From an uncultured Luminiphilus sp. (GTDB lineage: Bacteria; Pseudomonadota; Gammaproteobacteria; Pseudomonadales; Halieaceae): 64,000 bases of DNA. Of this stretch, positions 17,567 to 27,046 are shown piece by piece. The stretch spans positions 7,165-71,164 of the forward strand of contig CALKMV010000024.1 in NCBI GenBank assembly GCA_938091485.1, given 5' to 3'. Position numbers and translations under genes: made by a program. Every line of letters starts with the position of its first letter. Position 1 is the stretch's first letter. The notes beneath the pieces are model-generated. The model did no database searches, had not been told where the DNA came from, and saw nothing but the letters and a program-made list of their open reading frames with translations.

Positions 17567-18925
17567 TCAGTCGGCCGCCGCTAAATACTTTGCCAATGTC
17601 TCGTGGAAATGGCGGATGCGGAGTTCCTGATAGCTGGCCGTCATCGCCTTTCGGCTTTTAGACGCCATCAGCCCTCGTTGAACCTCGGGTAAGTTGCCAG
17701 CGTCCTGATCAAACAGCGCGCCCAGCAACCCCAGGCCATCGGCGTCGGCATACTTCTGATCGTAGTCGAGCCGAATCGTCTTGGCATCTGCTGGCCTCGG
17801 TTGATCGGGTGGAAAACCGTCGAGCAAATAAATGTCCATAATGCAGCCATCCGGGTTCATTCCATCAGGGCGGTAGCGGTAGGTGATTTGGCTTTGGAAG
17901 CCACCCCATGGCGCAAAGCTGGGAAAAACCAGATAAAGAATTGAATCCATGGTTTCAGCATCAGTTACCGTCGCCAGCATCTCCGGACTCATGAATTCAG
18001 CGAACTCTTCTCTGCGCACCGCGCCAATGGCCTGCCGCGAGGTAATCGTATCTGCATCTAATCCCGTGAGTGCCTGCGCCCGCTCAAAACCGCCCGGGCC
18101 AGTCATCGCCTCGACCGATTCCTTTACGCTATACCGATCAGCCTGACCCGGGTTAGGAATACCCTGCGGAGTAATGGTGCGACTGAGATGATCGCCAAAA
18201 ACGTCGTATTGGGAATTATCCCCGCCGGTAAAAGACAATATCTGAGGGTGGGTTTGAATGGCGTGGTAAGACTCGATAAATGCCTCCATCGCGATCTTCC
18301 AGTTGCAGGCAATCTTCTTTTCGACATGCAGCGAAACATAGCGATCTTCAGGGGCCCAGCGCTCGAAATGCTCAGTCAGTACCGAGGCATATTCATCAAA
18401 GGGTGGCGCATCCAGATCCATGTTGATGAGCACCCAGCCACCCCAAATTGTCACCTGCACCTCGGGCAGAGTCAGCTCCGCTAGCTCGGCCTGATCAAAC
18501 TCCCAGTCGCAATAGGCCTCTTTAAAGGAGCCGTCTAGGTGCCAACAGAAACCATGATAAGGACACCGCAACTCACGGCTGGTTCCCTTACCTGACTTCA
18601 GCGCCCGCCCCCTATGCAAGCAAGAGTTGTGGAACCCCTTCAGTTCGCCTGACTCAGTGCGAACCAGCAAGATCGAATACCGAGCGATGTCATAGACGTA
18701 GTAGTCGCCCGTTTTCTGCAGTGCTGTTTCACGACAGACCATCTGCCACACCTTGGGCCAGAGATGCTCAACCTCCTTGTCAAAAATTCCGCGATCCGTC
18801 CACACGTCTGTGGTGATGATGTCGCTGGCGACGCTGGGTTGCGTGTCCAAGCGCAATGCATCTGGGACACTGACCGTCTCCTCATTCAGCAGTTCCTGGT
18901 AGCTTGGAAAAACGGGCTTGCTCAT
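17567..18925 (-). CDS. Rieske non-heme iron oxygenase alpha subunit
   Basis: Rieske ligands CLH...CPYH; mononuclear iron site NWK..EAFIESYHAIQTH...QD. Confidence 0.93.
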   Translation of the reverse strand: MSKPVFPSYQELLNEETVSVPDALRLDTQPSVASDIITTDVWTDRGIFDKEVEHLWPKVWQMVCRETALQKTGDYYVYDIARYSILLVRTESGELKGFHNSCLHRGRALKSGKGTSRELRCPYHGFCWHLDGSFKEAYCDWEFDQAELAELTLPEVQVTIWGGWVLINMDLDAPPFDEYASVLTEHFERWAPEDRYVSLHVEKKIACNWKIAMEAFIESYHAIQTHPQILSFTGGDNSQYDVFGDHLSRTITPQGIPNPGQADRYSVKESVEAMTGPGGFERAQALTGLDADTITSRQAIGAVRREEFAEFMSPEMLATVTDAETMDSILYLVFPSFAPWGGFQSQITYRYRPDGMNPDGCIMDIYLLDGFPPDQPRPADAKTIRLDYDQKYADADGLGLLGALFDQDAGNLPEVQRGLMASKSRKAMTASYQELRIRHFHETLAKYLAAAD

Positions 18926-18957
18926 GCGTTACTCCACACCGCGACACATCGTTAGCT

Positions 18958-20199
18958 TCAGGCCACTTTATCAAACGAAATGTGCAGATCCATTAGCCCT
19001 CGCAGCAGGACGTTCGGGTGATGCATGAGAGAATTTTTCCCCTCTACCAATGCCCAATTATGAGTGCGGCGCAGCAAGCTGGTCACGGCAATCTGCAGCT
19101 CGGTCCGGGCTAGCTGCGCACCCAAACAAAAGTGAGTCCCTTGACCGAACGCCAGGTGACTCTCCGCATTTTCTCGATCGACCTTCATAGCGCCACTACA
19201 GGGAAAGATCGACTCGTCGCGATTTCCTGCAGCAAAGCGCACCATGAGAAACGATCCTTCAGGGATCGCCACACCATCGATTTCCGTGTCTTCTGTCGCG
19301 CGTCGCCACATACCCGAGGTCGGGGTTTCCAATCTCAGAATTTCCTCGACAGCCGCGGGTATCAGATCGGGATTGGCCCGCAATTTTGCTTGCTCCTCAG
19401 GGTTTTGAATCAGCAACACGACGCCCCCCGCAATCGCGTTAGTAGATGTTTCATTGCCCGCCACGAGTATCTGCTGAATCATTCCCAACGCCTCCGGCTT
19501 GGTCAACAAACGGCCTTCATCAATCGTGTTATTCGCAAGATCAGAAATGATGTTGTCTTCAGGACGCTCCCTCATGCGATCAATGAGATCCGCAAAATAA
19601 TGCTGAAATTCCACGATATCTTTGGCGTTCTGAATCTGTTGCTCCTCATCGGCGAGACGGCCTAGCCTGGACGCGGAGGCGTCTGACCATTTCTTGAGCA
19701 TAGCCAGCTCAGAGCGCGGGACGCCCAGCTGATCGGCAATGACGTAGATGGGCAGCGGCACACACAGCCGATTGAGTAAGTCGACATCTCCATCGTCAAT
19801 CCACTCGCTGATCAGTTGCTCAGCAATAGCCTCGATGCCTCCGCGCATCCCTTCTATTCGCTTATTGGAGAAAACCTTATTAACCAGATTGCGATACACC
19901 CGATGCCTAGGGGGGTCCTGGGTCAACAGGGTTTCGACCATCTCATAGCCCTGCTCATAGATCGCGGAGACGTCATCGCTGGAAGAGCCCGCATTCAACA
20001 GCGCACTGAAGCTACTCGAAAACCGCGCCGGGTCACGAATAATCTCCCGGATGTCGTTGTAGCGCGTAACTACGAAGACATTGGTCCCAGGCATTTGCCA
20101 CACTGGCGCCTCGTCCTGTAGCTGCCGATAGACACTGAACGGACACTCCTGTACTTCAGGGCTAAAAAAATCCAATTCAGCAAGATCAATACGATTCAT
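18958..20199 (-). CDS. Cytochrome P450
   Basis: AGNETS I-helix, EEILR ExxR motif and FGQGTHFCLG heme motif. Confidence 0.96.
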   Translation of the reverse strand: MNRIDLAELDFFSPEVQECPFSVYRQLQDEAPVWQMPGTNVFVVTRYNDIREIIRDPARFSSSFSALLNAGSSSDDVSAIYEQGYEMVETLLTQDPPRHRVYRNLVNKVFSNKRIEGMRGGIEAIAEQLISEWIDDGDVDLLNRLCVPLPIYVIADQLGVPRSELAMLKKWSDASASRLGRLADEEQQIQNAKDIVEFQHYFADLIDRMRERPEDNIISDLANNTIDEGRLLTKPEALGMIQQILVAGNETSTNAIAGGVVLLIQNPEEQAKLRANPDLIPAAVEEILRLETPTSGMWRRATEDTEIDGVAIPEGSFLMVRFAAGNRDESIFPCSGAMKVDRENAESHLAFGQGTHFCLGAQLARTELQIAVTSLLRRTHNWALVEGKNSLMHHPNVLLRGLMDLHISFDKVA

Positions 20200-21494
20200 G
20201 ACAGCGCCTCCTCTAAAATTAAATCTGCGGTGGGAAACGCGCCCTCAGGGAGGGCTCGCCGCTTGGCCTCGATGAAAGAAGCAAAATCACCCACCACAAT
20301 TTGCCACACAAAATAACGCTCTACCCCGTCAATCTCCATGGCAAAGGGCGTAAAGCCCATGGGAACGTAAGCAAAAGAGTCCCCAGAGGCGGGAAAAAGG
20401 TGCTCGCGCTGAAAAGCCCGCATCGCGTCACTGTGACTAGGCGACACCATATCGAAAAAGGCCACCGCTGGCTGATTGACAGATAGGCGACGCAAAAATT
20501 CAGCAGGGAACAGCCCGCCTGTCCAGCGAGCATTGATTTCAGTCACTATCACCTCGTCTCCCGAGATAAAGTAGTCGATACCGCAGTTGATGCCCTCCTC
20601 AGCAACATGCCCATGCTGCCGGGCGTAGGCGCCCACTTGCATCAATACCGCCCTGTGGGCATCTGGCACAGCCAGCTCTGGTGAAATGTAGTTACCCACC
20701 CACTTTCCACCGGCAAACAAAATTTCCCGGACATTACTGATACTGATATCGTGCGGCGTAATCGTCAGATCCACCGTCATTTCCCGCCACTGGCGGGTAT
20801 CCAGCTTTTCCTGAAGCAGGACCCTCACTTCATCATCATATTCCACAATCTGAGCGAGGCAATCCGCCACTGAACTCACGGCAAACACGTTGCGGGACCC
20901 CGCGAGTCCCAACAACTTGACCATGACGCCGTTCGGCAACTCTGAAAAAAAACGATCGGCCGCTCCTTCCCGAATCGCTCGCTTGGAATACACCTCGGTC
21001 CGCGGCACTGGAAGGCCAGCAGCAGGCGCGTGCTCGGCAAAGTGCAGTTTGGAGTTGACGTTTCGACTCACTGCCAGAGCTTCGGGGTTCTGATGCAGCG
21101 GCTGGTTGCTACCGCTGATCATGTAGAGATTGGTCAAATCGACTTCCGGCAAGGAGCCGGCAACGCTTTCGTAGTAGCCATCGAGAGGATGAAACTGCCA
21201 CTGGCTCCCTGGCACTGCATCGAGCCCCATGGCGGCGAACATCTTGCTGTAATGACCCAACATGTCGCGCCACACTGGCTCCAAAAACGGTGAGCCCAGA
21301 GCCACGTGATCAGCGGGTTTACCCAGCCCAACCAATGCAACCTGCAACGCACAGGTCAGCACCTGATTCTCCTGATGATCGACCTGTTGTTTTGGGGTCA
21401 AGCTGGAGAGGTCGTGATGCAAGGAGCAGTCGTCACCCGCCATTGCATACAATGTCGACGCAGGCTGCTCAGGTATAAAACTTCCCACTTTCAT
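20196..21494 (-). CDS. ATP-grasp fold ligase of unknown specificity
   Basis: NSKLHF...GLPVP, VMVKLLGLAGSRNV, LLQEKL and GIDYF...TEINARWTGG match ATP-grasp motifs. Confidence 0.8.
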   Translation of the reverse strand: MKVGSFIPEQPASTLYAMAGDDCSLHHDLSSLTPKQQVDHQENQVLTCALQVALVGLGKPADHVALGSPFLEPVWRDMLGHYSKMFAAMGLDAVPGSQWQFHPLDGYYESVAGSLPEVDLTNLYMISGSNQPLHQNPEALAVSRNVNSKLHFAEHAPAAGLPVPRTEVYSKRAIREGAADRFFSELPNGVMVKLLGLAGSRNVFAVSSVADCLAQIVEYDDEVRVLLQEKLDTRQWREMTVDLTITPHDISISNVREILFAGGKWVGNYISPELAVPDAHRAVLMQVGAYARQHGHVAEEGINCGIDYFISGDEVIVTEINARWTGGLFPAEFLRRLSVNQPAVAFFDMVSPSHSDAMRAFQREHLFPASGDSFAYVPMGFTPFAMEIDGVERYFVWQIVVGDFASFIEAKRRALPEGAFPTADLILEEALS

Positions 21495-21537
21495 GATCTG
21501 GTCCCTGAATTCGTATTGGTTATTATCGGGGCGCTAT

Positions 21538-21553
21538 TTAAACATTTGTTTAA
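21538..21553. promoter_or_regulatory. Palindromic operator, PsrA/TetR-like (TTAAACA-TT-TGTTTAA)
   Basis: Perfect 7-bp inverted repeat about 45 bp upstream of the ATP-grasp start; contains AAAC-N4-GTTT. Confidence 0.6.
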
Positions 21554-21612
21554 CCTACCTGGGCCGGCCTGACTTCAAAACTTCATACTTTGTGCCCCCT
21601 GAAAATGAAGAT

Positions 21613-22236
21613 CTAATCTTCGGGGAACAGGCTTCCAGTCTGCCCCACTTGGACATCATTGAGCTGCACCGGCGTAATCAGCTCGCTGTCATCGTGGCGC
21701 ATGTTACCGACCCGCATTGACACAGGGTGGCAAGCGATCTCGAGCGCCGGCAACTCCTCAGAAGATTGGGCCCCGCCGAGCCACGATTCCAGATGCTGAG
21801 CGTCCAGTAATACGGGCTGCCTGTGGTGAATCGTAGCAAGCAATTCGGAAGCGCTCTGCGTGACCACCGCGCAGCCAATGCCCGGCTGATAAACACCCGC
21901 CATATAAAATAATTGCCCTCGGCGGTGGTGATACCAAGGCTGCTTTGCTGACCCGATACGCTGCCACTCATACCAACCATCAGCGAGCAAAGCGCAGCGT
22001 GCGAGATCGCGAAAAAGTGGCTTTATATTTAACGTTTCGAACCGTGCGTTGGTGACAACCTGGCGTGCTCCAGAGTCTCCCAAAGGAATACCCCAGTGAA
22101 CTGACGCATGATCTCCGGCATCGGTTTGAATCACTACCTGTGACTGGGGGGCGATATTGAACCGGTCCACGCTCTGCAGCCCCAGATTCCCGACATCGGG
22201 CTTATTGGATACTGACAGTGTGTAGCGCCCGCACAT
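21613..22236 (-). CDS. SOS response-associated peptidase (SRAP/YedK/HMCES family)
   Basis: N-terminal MCGRY; RFNIAP, NARFET, DGWYEW and IHHRQP motifs. Confidence 0.92.
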   Translation of the reverse strand: MCGRYTLSVSNKPDVGNLGLQSVDRFNIAPQSQVVIQTDAGDHASVHWGIPLGDSGARQVVTNARFETLNIKPLFRDLARCALLADGWYEWQRIGSAKQPWYHHRRGQLFYMAGVYQPGIGCAVVTQSASELLATIHHRQPVLLDAQHLESWLGGAQSSEELPALEIACHPVSMRVGNMRHDDSELITPVQLNDVQVGQTGSLFPED

Positions 22237-22238
22237 GC

Positions 22239-23423
22239 TCAGACAGTTAGTCCAGCAGCCTTCAGGGCCATTGCATTTAATATGCGTGTATCTTCAGCCG
22301 CTGACCGCAGCTGCGTTTTAAGCGCGATGAAGCCGCTACCAGCAATCGTATCCATCTGCAGCCCTGCCGCATGGTTTTCCGCTAAGCGTGGAGTCAACTC
22401 CTGTGCGAAGCGAGCCTCGAACTCAGATAGCAGAGGCAAAACTTGCGCTTCGGAGAAACCCGATTTCAAGCCACTGAGCGACTCCGCCAACTGATCGGCA
22501 ACCCGAAAACAGGTATTCATACCCATGCTCCGTGCAGGGTGCATTGCGTGACGCGCATCGCCGATGAGCGCGAACGCCCCCTCACCCTGATACGACGCGC
22601 TTTGCTGGGAGACCGGCGGGTAAATCGCACCGAAAGCCAGTGATTCAAATGAAACTCCCGGACACCACTCGGCGAGCCGACGGTGCAGAGACTCCTCCGA
22701 CTCGGTCTTCCAGAAAGCGATATCCTCGGGCGACACAGGAAAGCCAACCTTAGTCTCTCCGCCCGTTCTCGGAATCAGCGACACCATGCGTTCGTGAGCC
22801 AGATAAACATCCAGAGTTCTCGGCTCGGTGGCGCTCTGCTGGCGACCATACAATACGGCAATCGGATACTGATAACGATGTCGGTCGAGACCGATATTTA
22901 GGCGACTGCGAACTGTTGATGCGGTCCCGTCGGCAGCCACCAGCATCGTGCACGTGGCCGCACGCGGCCGGCCCTCTGCTTGCCACTCGATACGCCAACT
23001 CCCCGCCAATCGCTCCAGCAACCAATCGGACACCCCCGTTATGTTCACGGCTCCCGCCTCTTGAGCACTGCCTAGCAAGATGTCGGCAATCTTTTCGTGG
23101 TTGAGAAACAGAAAGGCGCCCGCACAGTCATCGCGCTGGGGGACAGGCACGGTAACAATGTGAGCGCCCTCAGCATCAAACCATCGTGTTCCCGTGCGCG
23201 CCTCTGCGCCAGCCTCCAATAACAGATCAAGCACACCCCAACGGGATAGCACCGGCTGCATCGCGGGTTGAATATGGTCACCTCTGGCAGTATCCAGCGG
23301 CCCAGAACGACGATCCAACAAGAGCACAGTCAAGCCACTGGCCTTCAGCGCTGCGGCTAGAGCGCCACCAGCGATTCCCGAACCGATGATGGCAATGTCA
23401 AAATTATCCGAGGTCACTCTCAC
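22239..23423 (-). CDS. FAD-dependent monooxygenase (UbiH/class A-like)
   Basis: GSGIAG Rossmann motif, ADGTAS and IGDARHAMHP..SMGMN. Confidence 0.88.
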   Translation of the reverse strand: MRVTSDNFDIAIIGSGIAGGALAAALKASGLTVLLLDRRSGPLDTARGDHIQPAMQPVLSRWGVLDLLLEAGAEARTGTRWFDAEGAHIVTVPVPQRDDCAGAFLFLNHEKIADILLGSAQEAGAVNITGVSDWLLERLAGSWRIEWQAEGRPRAATCTMLVAADGTASTVRSRLNIGLDRHRYQYPIAVLYGRQQSATEPRTLDVYLAHERMVSLIPRTGGETKVGFPVSPEDIAFWKTESEESLHRRLAEWCPGVSFESLAFGAIYPPVSQQSASYQGEGAFALIGDARHAMHPARSMGMNTCFRVADQLAESLSGLKSGFSEAQVLPLLSEFEARFAQELTPRLAENHAAGLQMDTIAGSGFIALKTQLRSAAEDTRILNAMALKAAGLTV

Positions 23424-23592
23424 GTCCTATCAGTTGCAATAATGGCTTCGTAGCAACACCATACTGGCACGTGGCGCTCAATCAAACCAAGATGGACATC
23501 AGTCACATCCCTAGCAGATCCCTCTTTGATGCGATTCCCTGCCGCTGACGGGTGGTGTAATGTCAGACAAAGTTCCTTGCGGCTGACACCCT

Positions 23593-24840
23593 ATGACCGG
23601 GGGCAATCCTCAACATCATCGATGGACCGTGCTAGGCGGACTCTTTCTGGTCTACATGGCCTCGAATGGCGTCACCCTGCATACGTTACCGCTACTGTAT
23701 CCAGAGCTGATGGATAGCTTTGGCTGGCAGGCAAGTGAAGTCACCTTGCCAGCAACCGTATTCTTTGTGATCGGCGCCGTGACATCGCCGCCTGCGGGCT
23801 GGTTGCTTGACCGCTATTCATCCCGCGGCATTATCGCCATCGGCAGCTTGCTTCTGACACTGGGATTGGTCGCCTACTCCGCCGCCAACAGTCTCTGGCA
23901 ACTCGTCGCCGTCTACGCTTTATTGGGACTAGCGTTATCTCTCTGTGGCCTGGTCTCCAACATGGTGATGCTGACAGGCTGGTTTGCATCGGGGCGCGGT
24001 CGCGCTACCGGCATATTGCTGATGGCATCGAGTCTGGGCGGCGCTCTGTTCCCGCTCGCGGTGGGCTCGGGTATCGAGCAACTGGGTTGGCGGCATACCG
24101 TGCTCCTGACAGGCGTTGGCGTCGGCTCGCTGATGCTGGGCAGCGTCTGGTTGTTGTTGCGCGACGGGAGGCGCGTGATGCAAGCCTCACCCACCCCAAG
24201 CCCCTCAGCTAACTCGCAGGAGCGCGTCATCCCCCTCCTGCTGACCCGCCGCTTCGCTGCCATTGTCTTTGCCACTGGCAGCCTATGGTTCATTATCATC
24301 GCACTGACCCAACATCAATCCATTCACTTAGCTAGAGACGTCGGCCTGGCCAGATCCTCGTTGCCAGCGGTCTTTAGTCTGTTTTTTGGCTGCTCGGTAG
24401 TGGGCAAATTCTGCTTTGGGTTACTGTCTGACCGGTTCGATCTTCATCGGGTCATGGCGGCTGCAATACTGATGCTGGCGGTCGCACTGATTGTGCTCAG
24501 CCAGATGACGGCGAGCGCCACCACACTACTATATGGCTACGCCATGCTGGCTGGGCTGGGATTCAGCGGAGCGTTTACCTGTATTCAGATTTTGATCGCC
24601 GCGCATTACAGCGGACCGCTGTATGGGCGGATTCTGGCGACGATTGTGTTGATCGACACGCTTTGTGGTGCACTCGGCACCCAGACTATTGCCGGTATCA
24701 GGGAGTGGCAGGGTGACTATACTGCCGCCTTCCTTGGCCTGGCGCTGCTCGCCATGTTGAGCGCGCTAATGGTACTCACTCTGACCCGTGTGACGGAGGG
24801 CCCAGCAGCGCCGCAAACGGCGGCAGAAGCACCGCTCTGA
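23593..24840 (+). CDS. MFS transporter
   Basis: About 12 hydrophobic segments; GWLLDRYS and GLLSDRFD motif A copies. Confidence 0.92.
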   Translation: MTGGNPQHHRWTVLGGLFLVYMASNGVTLHTLPLLYPELMDSFGWQASEVTLPATVFFVIGAVTSPPAGWLLDRYSSRGIIAIGSLLLTLGLVAYSAANSLWQLVAVYALLGLALSLCGLVSNMVMLTGWFASGRGRATGILLMASSLGGALFPLAVGSGIEQLGWRHTVLLTGVGVGSLMLGSVWLLLRDGRRVMQASPTPSPSANSQERVIPLLLTRRFAAIVFATGSLWFIIIALTQHQSIHLARDVGLARSSLPAVFSLFFGCSVVGKFCFGLLSDRFDLHRVMAAAILMLAVALIVLSQMTASATTLLYGYAMLAGLGFSGAFTCIQILIAAHYSGPLYGRILATIVLIDTLCGALGTQTIAGIREWQGDYTAAFLGLALLAMLSALMVLTLTRVTEGPAAPQTAAEAPL

Positions 24841-24843
24841 GCG

Positions 24844-25401
24844 TCAGGAATCGTCCATAGACAGCACGCAGCGCTCACCCGACAGCAGATCGGAAACGGC
24901 ATGATGGTCGGTGAAAGAAGACTTGTAGTCAGTCATAAACGCCACGCCCTCCTCCCGAATCCGGCGCCGCTGCAGCGCGCTACAGAAGCGTCGCACATCC
25001 TCCTCACTCTCAAGGATTAACGGCGGTACTTCTGCAGTGGAACCATCTGCATCTTTTGCCACCATCGTGAAGTAACACGTATTCGTGTGCTTACTGGCCC
25101 CCTCCTGTAAATTTTCAGCGACTACTCTGATCCCCACGACAAGCGATTTTTTTCCTACGTAGTTCACCGACCCCATCAATGAAACCACCTCGCCCACCTC
25201 TACCGGACGGAGAAACTGCACGTTATCCACGGACACCGTCACACAGTAATTACCCGCGTGCTTACTGGCGCACACGTAGGCCAGTTTATCCATCAGCGAC
25301 ATCAAGGTGCCGCCGTGCACCTTACCGCCAAAGTTGGTGTAACTCGGCACCATCAACTCGGTGATCACGCTTCGCGAATACGCAACGGGATGCCCTTTCA
25401 T
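24844..25401 (-). CDS. Acyl-CoA thioesterase (YciA-like)
   Basis: NFGGKVHGGTLMSLMD, VTVSVD and FLRPV hot-dog motifs. Confidence 0.92.
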   Translation of the reverse strand: MKGHPVAYSRSVITELMVPSYTNFGGKVHGGTLMSLMDKLAYVCASKHAGNYCVTVSVDNVQFLRPVEVGEVVSLMGSVNYVGKKSLVVGIRVVAENLQEGASKHTNTCYFTMVAKDADGSTAEVPPLILESEEDVRRFCSALQRRRIREEGVAFMTDYKSSFTDHHAVSDLLSGERCVLSMDDS

Positions 25402-25545
25402 AACAAAACTCCTCCAGTCTGCAGGCTATACGCGCCAAAACACGCCGGGGATTAGCTATCTAGCCCACCGCATCAGTCACCAGACAAGAATTTGCCAGCT
25501 CAAGACGCCCAGAAGCTGAGTGTATAGAACCCAACCCAATGGCTA

Positions 25546-25573
25546 TTGCTCATATACCCAGGGGGGGTATACT
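25546..25573 (+). promoter_or_regulatory. Sigma70 promoter overlapped by CsoR operator 1
   Basis: TTGCTC-N16-TATACT; palindrome TATACCC-AGGGG-GGGTATA at 25553-25571. Confidence 0.75.
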
Positions 25574-25583
25574 AAGCCGATCA

Positions 25584-25608
25584 TGAGATACCCCCACGGG
25601 GTATCTCA
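25584..25608. promoter_or_regulatory. CsoR operator 2
   Basis: Perfect 11-bp inverted repeat TGAGATACCCC-CAC-GGGGTATCTCA, with the G/C-tract type typical of CsoR/RcnR sites. Confidence 0.8.
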
Positions 25609-25629
25609 ACATGAATCAGGAAGCGATGA

Positions 25630-25905
25630 ATGAGAGATGAAACACAGCACAAAGCAGACGCCCGTCTAGCCCGTATAGAGGGCCAAATCAGAGCGGTACG
25701 AAAAATGGTGGCTGAAGATCGTTACTGTATCGATGTTGTTCGGCAGGTTCAGGCCGCGTGTTCAGCGCTCAGCAGTCTGGAGACGCTGATTATCGATGAC
25801 CATGTTGATACCTGTGTGCAACACGCCCTCGAGGCTGGCGAAACAGGCGAGCGCAGAGAAAAGGTAACCGAGCTGGTTTCCATCCTCACAGGAAAGAGAA
25901 AGTGA
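25630..25905 (+). CDS. csoR: CsoR-family Cu(I)-sensing repressor
   Basis: RLARIEGQ...Y32-C33...H58...C62, the x-C-H-C fingerprint. Confidence 0.9.
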   Translation: MRDETQHKADARLARIEGQIRAVRKMVAEDRYCIDVVRQVQAACSALSSLETLIIDDHVDTCVQHALEAGETGERREKVTELVSILTGKRK

Positions 25906-26549
25906 CAACGGCACGGACAGCGCTATTGTTGGTCATAGGTTGCCTGACATCCATAGCAGCGGCCGCCCGCCCGGTCTCTTACACCGGCGGTTGGACCGTG
26001 ATTGGGGAATCCGACCGGCAATCGAGCTCGGCCCTCGTTCATTACACCCCGTCACCGAACATGTCATTGGGCCTCAAGACGGAAGTCAATCGCGACTCAG
26101 ATTTTGCAATCTATAGCGTTCATCCCACTTACTTAGCCAAGAGATGGTTCGACGCCAATTACCAGGGCAACCTTTACATCCACGGAGGTATCGGAGTTGC
26201 GTCTGGAATAAACAATAACCCCCAATCTGATCAGATGGCGCTCTACGGAGGCGTAATGGCTGACTGGGAGACACGCTCTCTTTTTGTCGGGTATCGAAAC
26301 CGCTATCTGGATGCTGGCGACTATGCCAGCCAATTCATGCAGGCATTCCGAGCCGGCTTTGCGCCTTATGAGGGTGACAGCGGCGATCTTCATACTTGGC
26401 TGATGCTGGAGATAGACCATCGCCCCTCCGACCCAGACTCGGTGACAGCCACCCCTTTAGTTCGCTTTTTTAAGGGGCCACTGCTCATCGAGGCCGGCTA
26501 CAACCTTACCGTAAACCAGCCGCTTTTTAACTTTACCTACCGCTTTTGA
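25902..26549 (+). CDS. Exported hypothetical protein, probable outer-membrane beta-barrel
   Basis: Signal peptide (AAA-RP), alternating beta-strand pattern, C-terminal FNFTYRF beta-signal. Confidence 0.7.
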   Translation: MTTARTALLLVIGCLTSIAAAARPVSYTGGWTVIGESDRQSSSALVHYTPSPNMSLGLKTEVNRDSDFAIYSVHPTYLAKRWFDANYQGNLYIHGGIGVASGINNNPQSDQMALYGGVMADWETRSLFVGYRNRYLDAGDYASQFMQAFRAGFAPYEGDSGDLHTWLMLEIDHRPSDPDSVTATPLVRFFKGPLLIEAGYNLTVNQPLFNFTYRF

Positions 26550-26563
26550 AAAGGAGCGAAGAC

Positions 26564-27046
26564 ATGCACTTACCAGTAAAAACCGTCTTGATAACCGTTG
26601 CACTCGGGCTCTACCTTCCCGCCAATGCGCAAGAGCATGATGACCATGCAGCCCATGCCACACACGATACCCATGAACATCATGATCATAACGATCAAGG
26701 GGCTGACTCAGGCCAGGCCTCCCACGATGCCCACCACACCAATGCCGGGCCTGCTATCACACGCACCGAGGATATTGAATCTGCCTTGGAACAAGGTGGA
26801 GAACCCATCGTTGCGGATGTACTGGGTGTGGTCTGCGACTTTTGTGCGCTGGCTATGAATAAAATCTTCGGTAAAAGAGAGGAAGTCGCCGCAATCTATG
26901 TGGACCTCGATACCAAAGCCCTGAGTTTGGTGTTGGTGCCAGGCGCTTCTCTCAGTGACCAAACTATTGCCGAACTTGCCATTCAGGCGGGTTACCGAAT
27001 TGCTGATGTTCGCCGCGGTGACGAGGCACTGGGCATGGCATCGTGA
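26564..27046 (+). CDS. Exported His-rich heavy-metal-associated (HMA) protein
   Basis: Signal peptide (ANA-Q), 11 His in 38 residues, GVVCDFC and AGY HMA motifs. Confidence 0.82.
   Translation: MHLPVKTVLITVALGLYLPANAQEHDDHAAHATHDTHEHHDHNDQGADSGQASHDAHHTNAGPAITRTEDIESALEQGGEPIVADVLGVVCDFCALAMNKIFGKREEVAAIYVDLDTKALSLVLVPGASLSDQTIAELAIQAGYRIADVRRGDEALGMAS

Noticed and set aside
21495-21612. RiPP precursor peptide for the ATP-grasp/P450 cluster
   Set aside because: The intergenic region is only 118 bp, holds the operator, and has no convincing co-directional small ORF with an RBS.
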